Part shown: positions 1 to 9,386 of the stretch, in pieces | Numbering within the stretch: the stretch's first letter is position 1 | Layout: each line of letters opens with the position of its first letter | Origin: Gammaproteobacteria bacterium | GTDB taxonomy: Bacteria; Pseudomonadota; Gammaproteobacteria; JAUZRS01 | Direction: 5' to 3' | Length of the DNA: 52,209 nucleotides | NCBI GenBank assembly: GCA_030950195.1 | Contig: JAUZRS010000251.1 | Span: forward strand, 1 to 52,209 | Translations under genes and position numbers: made by a program | The notes under the pieces: generated by a model | Told to the model about the DNA's origin: nothing | The model's database searches: none | The model's input: only the letters and a program-made list of their open reading frames with translations

Positions 1-1
1 A

Positions 2-1357
2 GGCAAATACCGTGGCTTGCAGGTCTACCTTGACTCCTGCGTCAAGTGTGGCGCGTGTACCGATAAGTGCCACTACTACCTTGGCACCAACGATCCGAAA
101 AACATGCCGGTGGCACGTCAGGATCTGTTCCGCAGCGTCTATCGTCGTTATTACACTGTGGCTGGCAAATATTTCCCCAAACTGGTGGGCGCGAAAGATC
201 TGACCAAAGAGGTGTTGGACGACTGGTACAGCTACTTCCACCAGTGTTCACAGTGTCGCCGCTGTTCGGTTTTCTGCCCCTATGGCATTGATACCGCCGA
301 AATTTCCATGGCCGCGCGTGACGTAATGAACCACATTGGTGTCGGGCAAAAATACTGCAACGAAATCATCTCCAAAGTCTACAAGATCGGCAACAACCTC
401 GGTCTGCCCGAACCTGCTCTAGCGGATACGCTGGAAGGTCTGGAAGAAGACATCGAAGATGAAACCGGCGTAGCCGTCAAACTGCCACTGGATCAAAAAG
501 GCGCAGACGTACTGCTGGTCACCCCTTCCGCTGATTTTTTTGCTGAACCTCACGTTGATGGTTTGATGGGATACGCCAAAGTATTCCACGAAGCGGGCAT
601 CAGCTGGACCATCAGCTCCTACGCATCTGAAGGTGCCAATTTCGGTATGTTTATTGGCAGCTACGACAACATGCGCAAAATTTCGCTGCGCATTCGTAAA
701 GCCGCGCAAGATCTGGGTGTAAAACGCATCGTCTTTGGCGAGTGTGGCCATGCGTGGCGCGTCGGCTACAGCTTCCTCAACACCTTAGCCGGCCCGTTTG
801 ATTTCTTAGATCAACGCTACCCTGTGCCACAGCACATTCTTGAAGTGACCCATGGGCTGCTGCAAGAGGGCAAGCTGCGCATGAATCCAGCGGTCAACGA
901 CCACATGACCTTGACCTTTCATGACTCGTGCAACGTAGCACGCGCCAGTCGCATGGGCGATAAACCCGGCGGCCAGTTCACCTTCCCACGGGATGTGATC
1001 AAAGCCGCCTGCAATAATTATTACGACATGGATCCCAGCACCACCCATCAGAACACCTTCTGTTGTGGCGGCGGTGGCGGTCTGCTCACCGATGACTTGG
1101 TTGAACTGCGGGTTAAAGGTGCTCTCCCACGAATGGAAGCTTTGAAAGAGGTAACCGAGGAGAAAAAAGTAACTCACATGGCGGCTATTTGCGCCATATG
1201 TAAAAGCCAGTTCAGTAAAATGCTGCCCTACTACGGCTTCCAGATGGATCAAATTGTCAGTGTTCACCAACTGGTGAGCGATGCACTGGTGATGAAAGGC
1301 AGTGAACAGGAAGCAGAACTCGACGCAGTTGAAGCAGATGACGGTGAAGCCGCCTAA
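2..1357 (+). CDS. dsrK: DsrK, HdrD-like Fe-S catalytic subunit of the DsrMKJOP complex (5' end cut by window edge)
   Basis: The frame is open back to base 2 (GKYRGLQVYLDSC...), so the track M at 17 is an internal TTG Leu. Two CX2CX2CX3C ferredoxin motifs (CVKCGACTDKC, CSQCRRCSVFCP) and a CCG-domain motif (FCCGGGGG). Followed by dsrLJOPNR in canonical order. Confidence 0.85.
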   Translation, partial: GKYRGLQVYLDSCVKCGACTDKCHYYLGTNDPKNMPVARQDLFRSVYRRYYTVAGKYFPKLVGAKDLTKEVLDDWYSYFHQCSQCRRCSVFCPYGIDTAEISMAARDVMNHIGVGQKYCNEIISKVYKIGNNLGLPEPALADTLEGLEEDIEDETGVAVKLPLDQKGADVLLVTPSADFFAEPHVDGLMGYAKVFHEAGISWTISSYASEGANFGMFIGSYDNMRKISLRIRKAAQDLGVKRIVFGECGHAWRVGYSFLNTLAGPFDFLDQRYPVPQHILEVTHGLLQEGKLRMNPAVNDHMTLTFHDSCNVARASRMGDKPGGQFTFPRDVIKAACNNYYDMDPSTTHQNTFCCGGGGGLLTDDLVELRVKGALPRMEALKEVTEEKKVTHMAAICAICKSQFSKMLPYYGFQMDQIVSVHQLVSDALVMKGSEQEAELDAVEADDGEAA

Positions 1358-1423
1358 ACGGCGTTTCACTTTTACCTTATTTACACAATTTAAAGATTAA
1401 ACAGACCTCACAGGAGGACGGGC

Positions 1424-3379
1424 ATGGCCACTTCTAAAGACGATATGAACCAAAAACTGACTTTTCGACGTTTTGAGGACGGTGATAGTGAATACCGCTC
1501 CGCAGGCGACATAATTTTAAACGAGGACACATCGTACAAATGCCCGACCTACGTGCATCGTACGCCTCCTTGCCAAGGCAGCTGCCCTTCTGGTGAGGAC
1601 ATTCGTGGCTGGTTGGACATCGTGCGCGGCATCGAACTGCCTCCCGAAGGTATGGAGATGTCGGAATACGCTTTCCGTCGTTCCACCGATGCCAACCCCT
1701 TCCCCGCTATGATGGGTCGTGTTTGCCCAGCACCGTGTGAAGACGGCTGTAACCGCAACAACGTCGAAGAGTTTGTCGGCATCAACTCCGTTGAGCATTT
1801 CATCGGTGATGAAGCGTTCAAAAACGGCTACACCTTCGACGTACCCGCCTTCAACGGCACCCGCATCGCCATCATCGGTGGCGGTCCTGCGGGCATGGCA
1901 GCCGCTTACCAACTGCGTCGCAAAGGCTACGGCAGTGTGATTTTTGACGATCACGAGCAACTCGGCGGCATGATGCGTTACGGCATCCCCGGATATCGTA
2001 CCCCCCGTGAAGTACTTGATCATGAGTGCAAACGTATTTTGAACATGGGTGAAATCGAATTCCGCGCCAACACCCGCGTCGGTCGTGATGTAGCCGTGGC
2101 TGACTTGGAAAAAGAGTACGCTTCTGTTTTATGGGCCTTGGGTTGTAAATCCGGTCGTGGCCTGTTTGTAGACGGCTGGGAAGGTACCCCCAACTGCGTC
2201 TCCGGAGTGGCGTTCTTAGAAGCGTTCAACACCGGAAAACTGCACGTTGCAGCGGATAAAGTGGTCTGCGTCGGTGGCGGTGATACCTCCATTGATGTGG
2301 TCTCTGTGGCACGTCGTCTGGGTAAAATCACCAACTTGCCTGAACATGAAAAACCCGAGCATGTGATCGGCGGTTACGTCGCCCACGATTCAGCCTACGC
2401 TGCCGCTCGTGAAGGCGCACAGGTCACCTTGACCTCCTTGTTCCCGAAAGAGAACATGACCGCTGCCGAACACGAAGTCACCGATGCACTCACCGAAGGG
2501 GTCACCATCCTTGAAGGTGTGATGCCCATTGCGTTGGTTAAAAACGCCGAAGGTCGTGCCACCGCTCTGCGCGTTGCCAAATGCACCGTGGACAGCGCCG
2601 GTCGTCCGACCCCAGTTGAAGGTTCTGAATACGACATCGAAGCCGATCTGATCGTATCCGCCATCGGTCAAGGCGGTGATCTCACCGATTTGGAAGAGAT
2701 GAATAACGGTCGCGGTCTGATTGATGCCGACAAATTTTACCAAGTACCTGGTAAAGCCGGTCACTTCGTCTGTGGCGACATCGTGCGTCCTCATCTGTTG
2801 ACCACCGCCATCGGCCAAGCGTCCATCGCCGTTGACAGCATCATTCACTACCTCAATCAAGAAGAGCAGAGCAAACGTCCAAAAGTGGATGTGCATCACT
2901 TCAACCTGCTCAGCAAATTGCAAGAGACCGATTTAGCACCAGAATCATTTGATGACCATGACGGTGATCTACGGGGTACCGATGGAGCAAATTTTGCCAT
3001 CCACAACTACGAAGATCGTTCCAACCAAGAGATCATCTCTTCTGACAAGCTCTTCTTAGGTCATTTTGATCACACGCCTCGCATCCATCGTGATGAAGTG
3101 GTTCCCAGCTCTGAAGAAGTTTTGGGTCACTTTGAAGAACGACTGGTTGCCCTCAGCGACGATCAAGCGGTTGAAGAAGCCAAACGCTGCATGAGCTGCG
3201 GCATGTGTTTTGAATGTGATAACTGCGTTATTTTCTGTCCTCAAGATGCCATCTTCCGCGTCAAGAAATCCGAAAAAACCACCGGCCGTTATGTGGACAC
3301 CGACTACTCTCGTTGCGTCGGTTGCCACATCTGTTCCGATGTCTGCCCCACCGGCTACATCGACATGGCTTTGGGTTAA
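1424..3379 (+). CDS. dsrL: DsrL, GltD-like NAD(P)H oxidoreductase with C-terminal ferredoxin domain
   Basis: 651 aa. Rossmann motif IIGGGPAGMAAAYQL, second dinucleotide motif VVCVGGGDTSID, and C-terminal 2x[4Fe-4S] motifs CMSCGMCFECDNCVIFCP and CVGCHICSDVCP. AGGAGG-like RBS upstream. Lies between dsrK and dsrJ. Confidence 0.85.
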   Translation: MATSKDDMNQKLTFRRFEDGDSEYRSAGDIILNEDTSYKCPTYVHRTPPCQGSCPSGEDIRGWLDIVRGIELPPEGMEMSEYAFRRSTDANPFPAMMGRVCPAPCEDGCNRNNVEEFVGINSVEHFIGDEAFKNGYTFDVPAFNGTRIAIIGGGPAGMAAAYQLRRKGYGSVIFDDHEQLGGMMRYGIPGYRTPREVLDHECKRILNMGEIEFRANTRVGRDVAVADLEKEYASVLWALGCKSGRGLFVDGWEGTPNCVSGVAFLEAFNTGKLHVAADKVVCVGGGDTSIDVVSVARRLGKITNLPEHEKPEHVIGGYVAHDSAYAAAREGAQVTLTSLFPKENMTAAEHEVTDALTEGVTILEGVMPIALVKNAEGRATALRVAKCTVDSAGRPTPVEGSEYDIEADLIVSAIGQGGDLTDLEEMNNGRGLIDADKFYQVPGKAGHFVCGDIVRPHLLTTAIGQASIAVDSIIHYLNQEEQSKRPKVDVHHFNLLSKLQETDLAPESFDDHDGDLRGTDGANFAIHNYEDRSNQEIISSDKLFLGHFDHTPRIHRDEVVPSSEEVLGHFEERLVALSDDQAVEEAKRCMSCGMCFECDNCVIFCPQDAIFRVKKSEKTTGRYVDTDYSRCVGCHICSDVCPTGYIDMALG

Positions 3380-3401
3380 TCAACAACAACGGAGCATCAT
3401 T

Positions 3402-3818
3402 ATGGCCGGTTCTTACCGAGGCATAACGTTGCTGTCCACTCTGCTAGGGGGGCTGCTTATGGCAGCCTCCCTGTTGGCATCTGCGGGAGTTTCGGCTCCC
3501 GTTGTGCCGCAAGGCAAAGGTGAACAGTGCGTTGAACCCACCGCTGACATGCGTAAAAATCACATGGAGTATCTGCTCCATCAACGTGATAAAACCATGC
3601 ATCAAGGCATTCGCAGTAAACAACACTCCCTAAAAGAGTGCATCAATTGCCATGTGCAAGCCAATAAAGCGGGTGATTATCCCAGCGTTCACGGCACCAA
3701 CAGCGAACAACATTTCTGCGACAGCTGCCACAGCTACGCAGCGGTCAAAATCGACTGTTTTGATTGTCACGCCGACCGTCCTGCATCCCCCTCTGCCGCA
3801 AAAGGTGCCAAACCATGA
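3402..3818 (+). CDS. dsrJ: DsrJ, periplasmic trihaem cytochrome c
   Basis: ATG 3402 is preceded by GGAG (3391-3394). N-terminal hydrophobic signal/anchor, then three CXXCH motifs (CINCH, CDSCH, CFDCH). The track start at 3210 overlaps dsrL and is not used. Confidence 0.8.
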   Translation: MAGSYRGITLLSTLLGGLLMAASLLASAGVSAPVVPQGKGEQCVEPTADMRKNHMEYLLHQRDKTMHQGIRSKQHSLKECINCHVQANKAGDYPSVHGTNSEQHFCDSCHSYAAVKIDCFDCHADRPASPSAAKGAKP

Positions 3819-4552
3819 GCGATCAGCATATCAATTCATATCGTCGCCGTTTTCTCGGCGGTGCCGGTGCTCTTGCCGCCTTAACCGTCGCGCCTGGCCT
3901 GCTGCTGAACGTCGTAAAAGCCAAACCGGCGGCTGAAGCGGTCAGCAATACAACCCGTTGGGGTCTGTTAATCGACGCCAATAAGTGCGGTGAAGGCTGT
4001 AACGATTGTGTTACCGGCTGTAACGAAGAGCATGGCCTAAAAGAGATTCACGGCCCCGCCACAGACGCACAGTGGATTCGCAGCGTCACAGTGCGTGATA
4101 CCAGCACCCAACACGTAACCCACTTGCCGATGATGTGTCAGCACTGTGAAAGCGCTCCTTGTGTAGACGTTTGCCCAACGGGTGCCTCTTTTAAACGTGA
4201 AGACGGCATCGTTTTAGTGGACAAACACACCTGCATCGGCTGCCGTTACTGCATGATGGCCTGCCCATATAAAGCACGCTCCTTTGTGCATGAACATCTG
4301 ACCGAACAGAAACCCGTGGCTCCTCGTGGCATCGGCACCGTCGAATCCTGCACGATGTGTGTTCATCGGGTGGATAAAAACGGTGAAAATACCGTCACAG
4401 CCTGCGCAGAAGCCTGCACCCACGACGCCATTTTGTTTGGTGATCTGAACAACCCCGAGAGCGACATTTCCAAGCGTCTGGAAAAAGAAGGCGGCACCCG
4501 CATCCGTGCAGATCTTGGACTCAACCCTGGTGTGCGTTACCAAGGTATTTAA
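3815..4552 (+). CDS. dsrO: DsrO, periplasmic Tat-exported 4x[4Fe-4S] ferredoxin-like subunit
   Basis: ATG 3815 overlaps the dsrJ stop (ATGA). Twin-arginine signal SYRRRFLGGAG. Cys clusters CGEGCNDCVTGC, CQHCESAPCVDVCP, CIGCRYCMMACP and CTMCVHR, typical of PsrB/NrfC-type subunits. Confidence 0.85.
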   Translation: MSDQHINSYRRRFLGGAGALAALTVAPGLLLNVVKAKPAAEAVSNTTRWGLLIDANKCGEGCNDCVTGCNEEHGLKEIHGPATDAQWIRSVTVRDTSTQHVTHLPMMCQHCESAPCVDVCPTGASFKREDGIVLVDKHTCIGCRYCMMACPYKARSFVHEHLTEQKPVAPRGIGTVESCTMCVHRVDKNGENTVTACAEACTHDAILFGDLNNPESDISKRLEKEGGTRIRADLGLNPGVRYQGI

Positions 4553-4576
4553 CCGTTATTGTTTGGGAAAGCTGTT

Positions 4577-5800
4577 ATGAAAATAGCCTATCGTACCATT
4601 GAAGGCCGCAGTCGCGGCTACTTTGCCCTGTTTGGGGTTCTCGGCCTGTTCGTTCTGGCCGGTCTGGGAGCCGCTCACCACATGGAGAGCGAAGGTCACT
4701 GGATCACCGGCATGAACAACCAGATCGTCTGGGGTATGCCCCATGTGTTTGCGGTCTTTTTGATCGTCGCCGCCTCTGGCGCGCTCAACATCGCCTCGAT
4801 CTCTTCGGTGTTTGCCAAAACCGCCTACAAACCGCTGGCGCGCCTCTCAGGGCTGCTCTCCATCGCCTTATTGGCGGGTGGCTTAATGATTTTGGTCTTG
4901 GATTTGGGTCGCCCAGATCGCCTCATCGTTGCCATGACCACCTACAACTTCAAGTCCATTTTTGCTTGGAACATCATCCTCTACAACGGCCTGTTTGCCA
5001 TTGTGGCGGTCTACATCTGGATGATGATGGAGGGGCGTTTTAATAAATACAGCCGCACCGTTGGCATGGTCGCCTTTATCTGGCGTCTGTTGCTCACCAC
5101 CGGTACCGGCTCCATCTTCGGTTTCTTGGTGGCTCGCCAAGGCTACGATGCCGCCATTATGGCACCGATGTTTGTGGTCATGTCCTTCTCCTTTGGTTTG
5201 GCCATTTTCCTATTGGTTTTGATGGCTTCTTACTCTTGGTCAGAACGCCCTCTGGGTGATGCCACGGTAAAGCGTCTGAAAAACCTCTTGGGGGTGTTTG
5301 TTGCCGGTGTGCTCTATTTTGTCTTGGCTTATCACCTGACCAACCTCTACGCCACTGAGCACCACGGTTATGAAGCGTTCTTGTTGCTGGGTGAAAACGG
5401 CGGCGGCATTTACAGCAACTTATTCTGGATCGGACAAGTGTTGTTAGGCAGCTTGCTGCCTTTGGCGCTGCTCTACCACCCCGTCACCGGTAAAAACCGC
5501 GTCATGCTCGGTTTTGCCTCGGTGCTGATCATCTTGGGTGGTCTGGCACAGATGTACACCATCATCATCGGTGGCCAAGCCTTCCCGATGGCGATGTTTC
5601 CTGGCATGGAAGTGAGTAGCAGCTTTGGTGACGGTGTCACCGCCAGCTACGCACCCAGCACTTGGGAAGTGATGCTCGGCGTTGGCGGTTTTGCCATGTC
5701 CTTGGTGATCGTCACCGCAGCGGTCAAAATTCTGGCCTTTTTGCCTGAAGACCTCAGCGATGAAATCGCCGATCCGCATACGGCCTCCAAAAGCACATAA
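4577..5800 (+). CDS. dsrP: DsrP, NrfD/PsrC-like integral membrane quinone-interacting subunit
   Basis: Polytopic hydrophobic protein with about ten helices, directly after dsrO. ATG 4577 is preferred over TTG 4559. Confidence 0.8.
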   Translation: MKIAYRTIEGRSRGYFALFGVLGLFVLAGLGAAHHMESEGHWITGMNNQIVWGMPHVFAVFLIVAASGALNIASISSVFAKTAYKPLARLSGLLSIALLAGGLMILVLDLGRPDRLIVAMTTYNFKSIFAWNIILYNGLFAIVAVYIWMMMEGRFNKYSRTVGMVAFIWRLLLTTGTGSIFGFLVARQGYDAAIMAPMFVVMSFSFGLAIFLLVLMASYSWSERPLGDATVKRLKNLLGVFVAGVLYFVLAYHLTNLYATEHHGYEAFLLLGENGGGIYSNLFWIGQVLLGSLLPLALLYHPVTGKNRVMLGFASVLIILGGLAQMYTIIIGGQAFPMAMFPGMEVSSSFGDGVTASYAPSTWEVMLGVGGFAMSLVIVTAAVKILAFLPEDLSDEIADPHTASKST

Positions 5801-5816
5801 GCCACACCGTTCAACT

Positions 5817-5856
5817 CCCCAAGCCGCTAACCAGCGCTTGGGGTTTTTCTATTTTT
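5817..5856 (+). terminator. Rho-independent terminator-like hairpin between dsrP and dsrN
   Basis: CCCCAAGC(C)GCT-aacc-AGCGCTTGGGG stem (5817-5843), followed by TTTTTCTATTTTT. Confidence 0.6.
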
Positions 5857-5876
5857 AAACTGCCAAAGTTACGTTC

Positions 5877-7265
5877 ATGGCTCATATCCTACTTTCAGCT
5901 GCCCATAAATCTTCGGGCAAAACCACCATAAGCATCGGCCTCTGTGCGGCTTTTAACGCCCGTGGTTTACAGGTTCATCCCTTTAAAAAGGGCCCCGATT
6001 ACATCGACCCCATGTGGCTCAGTCGTGCTGCTGGACACCCTTGCCATACGTTGGATTTTTACACCTCAACACACGCAGAAATTCTACACACCGTCGCTCA
6101 ACATCATCATCAATCGGATCTCTCTTTGATCGAAGGCAACAAAGGTCTCTATGACGGTCTTGATCTGAAGGGCAGCAACAGCAACGCTGCGCTGGCCAAA
6201 TTTCTGCACGCACCGGTTATTTTAGTACTCGACGCGCGTGGCATGACCCGTGGTATTGCACCCTTAGTCTTGGGTTATCAGCACTTTGATGCCGAGGTCA
6301 ATATCGCCGGTGTGATTCTCAATCAAGTGGGAGGCAGCCGCCACGAAGGCAAATTGCGCCGCATTATGGAACACTACACCGATGTACCCGTTCTGGGTGC
6401 GGTGCAACGTGACCCTGCTCTCGATCTGGAAGAGCGTCACTTAGGCCTGATGCCCAGCAACGAGGATCATTTAGCAACGGAAAAAATCAGTGCCATCGGC
6501 AACGCCATTGCCACACAGGTCGATTTAGATCAACTGCTCAGCATTGCTCAAGACGCTGAGCTTCCTGCCATAGCCCCTCCCTCTGTCTCCGCCTCAATTG
6601 GCCTGAAGACAGAAAAAAAGCTGCGCATTGGCATAGCCCAAGATGCTGCTTTTGGTTTTTATTACCCCAGTGATCTGCAAGCCCTACAAGACGCTGGAGC
6701 CGAGTTGATCAGCATCAACACGCTTAAGGATACTCAGCTGCCTAAGATTGACGGCCTCTTTATCGGCGGCGGTTTCCCTGAAACCCAGATGAAGGCGTTG
6801 GAAGCCAACACACAGTTGCGCTTTGAGATCCATCAAGCAATTGAAAACGGTTTGCCCTGTTACGCCGAATGCGGCGGTCTGATGTACCTTTCAAACGCGA
6901 TTCATTGGCAAGGGCAACGCTGTGAAATGGTCGGCATCATCCCCGCTGAAACCGAAATGCACCCTCGCCCACAAGGGCGCGGTTACGTTCGCCTGCAAGA
7001 GAACAGCGACAGCCTCTGGCCACGCGCGGGCAGCGCAGAGATCGCCGCCCATGAGTTTCACTACTCGGCGCTGTCCGGTTTGGAGCATAATCCAGCGTTT
7101 AAATTTGCCTATCAGGTGAAACGCGGTGTCGGCATCAACGGCCAACACGACGGTCTAATTTATAAAAACTTAATGGCCTGTTACAGCCATCAGCGCAACA
7201 GCCAACAAAACCCTTGGACAAGGCGCTTTATCGATTTTGTACATCGCTGCCAAACTCCTAAATAG
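5877..7265 (+). CDS. dsrN: DsrN, CobB/CbiA-family amidotransferase (sirohaem amidase-like)
   Basis: 462 aa. N-terminal nucleotide-binding loop AAHKSSGKTT and C-terminal glutamine amidotransferase region (AECGGLMYL). Position after dsrP. Confidence 0.8.
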   Translation: MAHILLSAAHKSSGKTTISIGLCAAFNARGLQVHPFKKGPDYIDPMWLSRAAGHPCHTLDFYTSTHAEILHTVAQHHHQSDLSLIEGNKGLYDGLDLKGSNSNAALAKFLHAPVILVLDARGMTRGIAPLVLGYQHFDAEVNIAGVILNQVGGSRHEGKLRRIMEHYTDVPVLGAVQRDPALDLEERHLGLMPSNEDHLATEKISAIGNAIATQVDLDQLLSIAQDAELPAIAPPSVSASIGLKTEKKLRIGIAQDAAFGFYYPSDLQALQDAGAELISINTLKDTQLPKIDGLFIGGGFPETQMKALEANTQLRFEIHQAIENGLPCYAECGGLMYLSNAIHWQGQRCEMVGIIPAETEMHPRPQGRGYVRLQENSDSLWPRAGSAEIAAHEFHYSALSGLEHNPAFKFAYQVKRGVGINGQHDGLIYKNLMACYSHQRNSQQNPWTRRFIDFVHRCQTPK

Positions 7266-7292
7266 AACCCTTAACCTAATGAGACTAACCTT

Positions 7293-7610
7293 ATGATTAC
7301 CGTAACCCCCGCTGCTGCCGTTCAAATTCGCATCGCCGCCAAACAAGGCGAAATGGAAAACATGCCCCTGCGTCTGGCTGTGAGCAAAAGTGCCACCGGC
7401 GAATTTCAATACGCTATGGGCTTTGATGACGACGAACACGAAGGTGATCAAACCACCACCACGGAAGAAATTTCCGTAGTGATTAATGTCACCAGTTTTG
7501 CTCTCTTGGAAGGTACCACCATTGATTACCTCGAACTGGAACCGGGTAAGTTTCATTTTGTCTTTATGAACCCCCAAGACCCCAACTACTTAGAGCCTTC
7601 CGAAGATTAG
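7293..7610 (+). CDS. dsrR: DsrR, IscA/HesB-like protein lacking the cluster-binding cysteines
   Basis: 105 aa with an A-type-carrier-like N terminus (MITVTPAAAVQIRIAAKQ...). The sequence contains no Cys at all, which is the known DsrR hallmark. Follows dsrN. Confidence 0.7.
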   Translation: MITVTPAAAVQIRIAAKQGEMENMPLRLAVSKSATGEFQYAMGFDDDEHEGDQTTTTEEISVVINVTSFALLEGTTIDYLELEPGKFHFVFMNPQDPNYLEPSED

Positions 7611-7615
7611 CCGTT

Positions 7616-7641
7616 AGGGGCGCAGGTCAGAATGCGCCCCT
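7616..7641 (+). terminator. Hairpin after dsrR (possible terminator, no T-tract)
   Basis: AGGGGCGCA-ggtcagaa-TGCGCCCCT, a 9-bp GC-rich stem 6 nt after the dsrR stop. Confidence 0.4.
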
Positions 7642-7811
7642 CACACAATCCAAAAGCCTTACAACGAACTTAATTTTGTGTAAAAATATCACCGTTCATG
7701 ACGAATTATTGGACTTTTGTCAGATATGATCCGGATAATGTCGGTATATGGAGGCAAGTCCCAACGGAGAAGGGAATATTATTCATAACAACGTAACAGG
7801 AAGAGCGACGC

Positions 7812-9296
7812 GTGGAAAGAGAACAAGCATTAAACGTTCTAGGTCTGGATTCTGAAGCCAGTCTACAAACAACCGAAATGGCCTACCAACTGAGGTGGGA
7901 TGAGTGCAATTTCACTATTGACCAATCCAATTCGGCGCAGGAACGCTTAGAAAGTCTCGATACCATGCAACACCTAGACAGTGCCGTTACCCTGTTGCGT
8001 AACGCTGCCAACCAAAAACATGACGATGATGAATTTACCATCGACAGTGCTGAAACCGTGATGATCCCCCCTACCGGAGCCACTCTACGACACACCTCAG
8101 CACCTAACTTAAGCTTGGCCGACACCTCCGCCATTGATCTTGAGTTGAACCACTCTCATATCCATAAAGCAGCGACCAGTGATGCTCCTATTCCAATGGA
8201 CGATGAAGATCACAACCCCACAATGATGGCACCCCAAAACGCTAATCTTGAACAACAACTCGTTCAAGACGCAGAAAAAACATCTCATTCCAAACGCGAA
8301 CAAGCGCGCAAAGAGCAGACTCAAAAAGCACCGCTTGATCTGAACATGGAAAAAACCCTGCTGGGTAAGCGCAGCGTGGTCAGCGCAAAACACAAAGCCG
8401 AACACGTTTTAGAATTAAATCAGACCCTGATCAACAGGCGCTACACCATTCAAGCCTTTATCGACAAGGGTGGCATGGGCGAAGTATACCAAGCCTACGA
8501 TAAGATCCGTCGTCAAGAGGTGGCCATCAAAGTACTGCTGCCCGATCTGGATAAAGACGCTTACGGACGTTTTTTCAACGAAGCACGTCTCTCCAGTCAA
8601 CTCAGTCACCAAAACATCGTCAACGTTTACGACGTGCAAAAAGACGGCGAACTGCTGTTTATGAGCATGGAGCTGCTGAAAGGTGAAAACCTCCGCCATC
8701 GAATGCGTCGTCAGCAACGCGCAAATGAAACCATGCCCGAAGCCGAGATCCATCAATTCGCCATCGCCATGAGCAGCGCACTTCAATACGCCCACAAAAA
8801 GATCATTCACCGTGATATAAAACCAGAAAACATCTGGGTCTGTGACAACGGTGAAATCAAACTGATGGATTTTGGCATCGCCCGCACCTTCTCTCACGAA
8901 CAAGCCATTCAAACCCGCACCGTGGCCGGTTCTGTACGTTACATGGCTCCCGAGCAGTTGGGCAGCGGCGATGGCACTCAAATGTTGGAAATCGACAGCC
9001 GTGCCGATCAATACGCCCTTGGGGTTATCCTCTATGAACTGCTGAGCAACACCCCACTCTCTGGTCGCATCACGCCCTTGTGTGAGATCAACAGCGACAT
9101 CAATGAACAGTTGGCTGAGATTGTGGAAAAAATGCTCGAAGGCAAAGCCGATAATCGCTTCGCCTCGACCAAAGTACTGCATCACGCCCTCAAAACACCC
9201 CTGAGCAGCAACAGCCTCTTCTCACAGTTCTCATCCAAGATGAACAAGCTAGCGCATGATTCACCCAAATGGAGCCGGTTTTTTTCACGTAAATAG
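7812..9296 (+). CDS. Hanks-type serine/threonine protein kinase with about 200-aa non-kinase N-terminal region
   Basis: Kinase motifs GGMGEVY...VAIKVL, HRDIKPENIW, DFGIAR and YMAPEQ. GTG start is preceded by AGGAAG. No transmembrane segment seen. Confidence 0.85.
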   Translation: MEREQALNVLGLDSEASLQTTEMAYQLRWDECNFTIDQSNSAQERLESLDTMQHLDSAVTLLRNAANQKHDDDEFTIDSAETVMIPPTGATLRHTSAPNLSLADTSAIDLELNHSHIHKAATSDAPIPMDDEDHNPTMMAPQNANLEQQLVQDAEKTSHSKREQARKEQTQKAPLDLNMEKTLLGKRSVVSAKHKAEHVLELNQTLINRRYTIQAFIDKGGMGEVYQAYDKIRRQEVAIKVLLPDLDKDAYGRFFNEARLSSQLSHQNIVNVYDVQKDGELLFMSMELLKGENLRHRMRRQQRANETMPEAEIHQFAIAMSSALQYAHKKIIHRDIKPENIWVCDNGEIKLMDFGIARTFSHEQAIQTRTVAGSVRYMAPEQLGSGDGTQMLEIDSRADQYALGVILYELLSNTPLSGRITPLCEINSDINEQLAEIVEKMLEGKADNRFASTKVLHHALKTPLSSNSLFSQFSSKMNKLAHDSPKWSRFFSRK

Positions 9297-9386
9297 TGAC
9301 TCTGCGGCACCCCCTTTGTTCCGCAGCGCATCCTTACTCCCATGCTCCCGCATAGGGATTTTTAAGCCTAACCTCCTTAACCAATT

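Noticed and set aside
17-1357. The track start codon (M at 17) for dsrK.
   Set aside because: Codon 17-19 is TTG within a frame that stays open to base 2. DsrK/HdrD proteins also have additional N-terminal sequence, so the gene is truncated by the window edge.
3210-3401. N-terminal 64 codons of the track ORF 3210..3818.
   Set aside because: This stretch overlaps the dsrL C-terminal ferredoxin domain in another frame. ATG 3402 has an RBS and begins the signal peptide of DsrJ.
8415-9185. Long antisense or overlapping ORFs. Examples: 8415..9185(-), 806..1369(-), 2390..2923(-), 19921..20421(-), 27730..28215(+), 30498..31172(+), 16548..16922(+), 47737..48159(+).
   Set aside because: Each lies fully inside a well-supported gene on the other strand or frame. 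They have no recognisable motifs and show low-complexity, Arg/His/Gln-rich translations typical of shadow ORFs.
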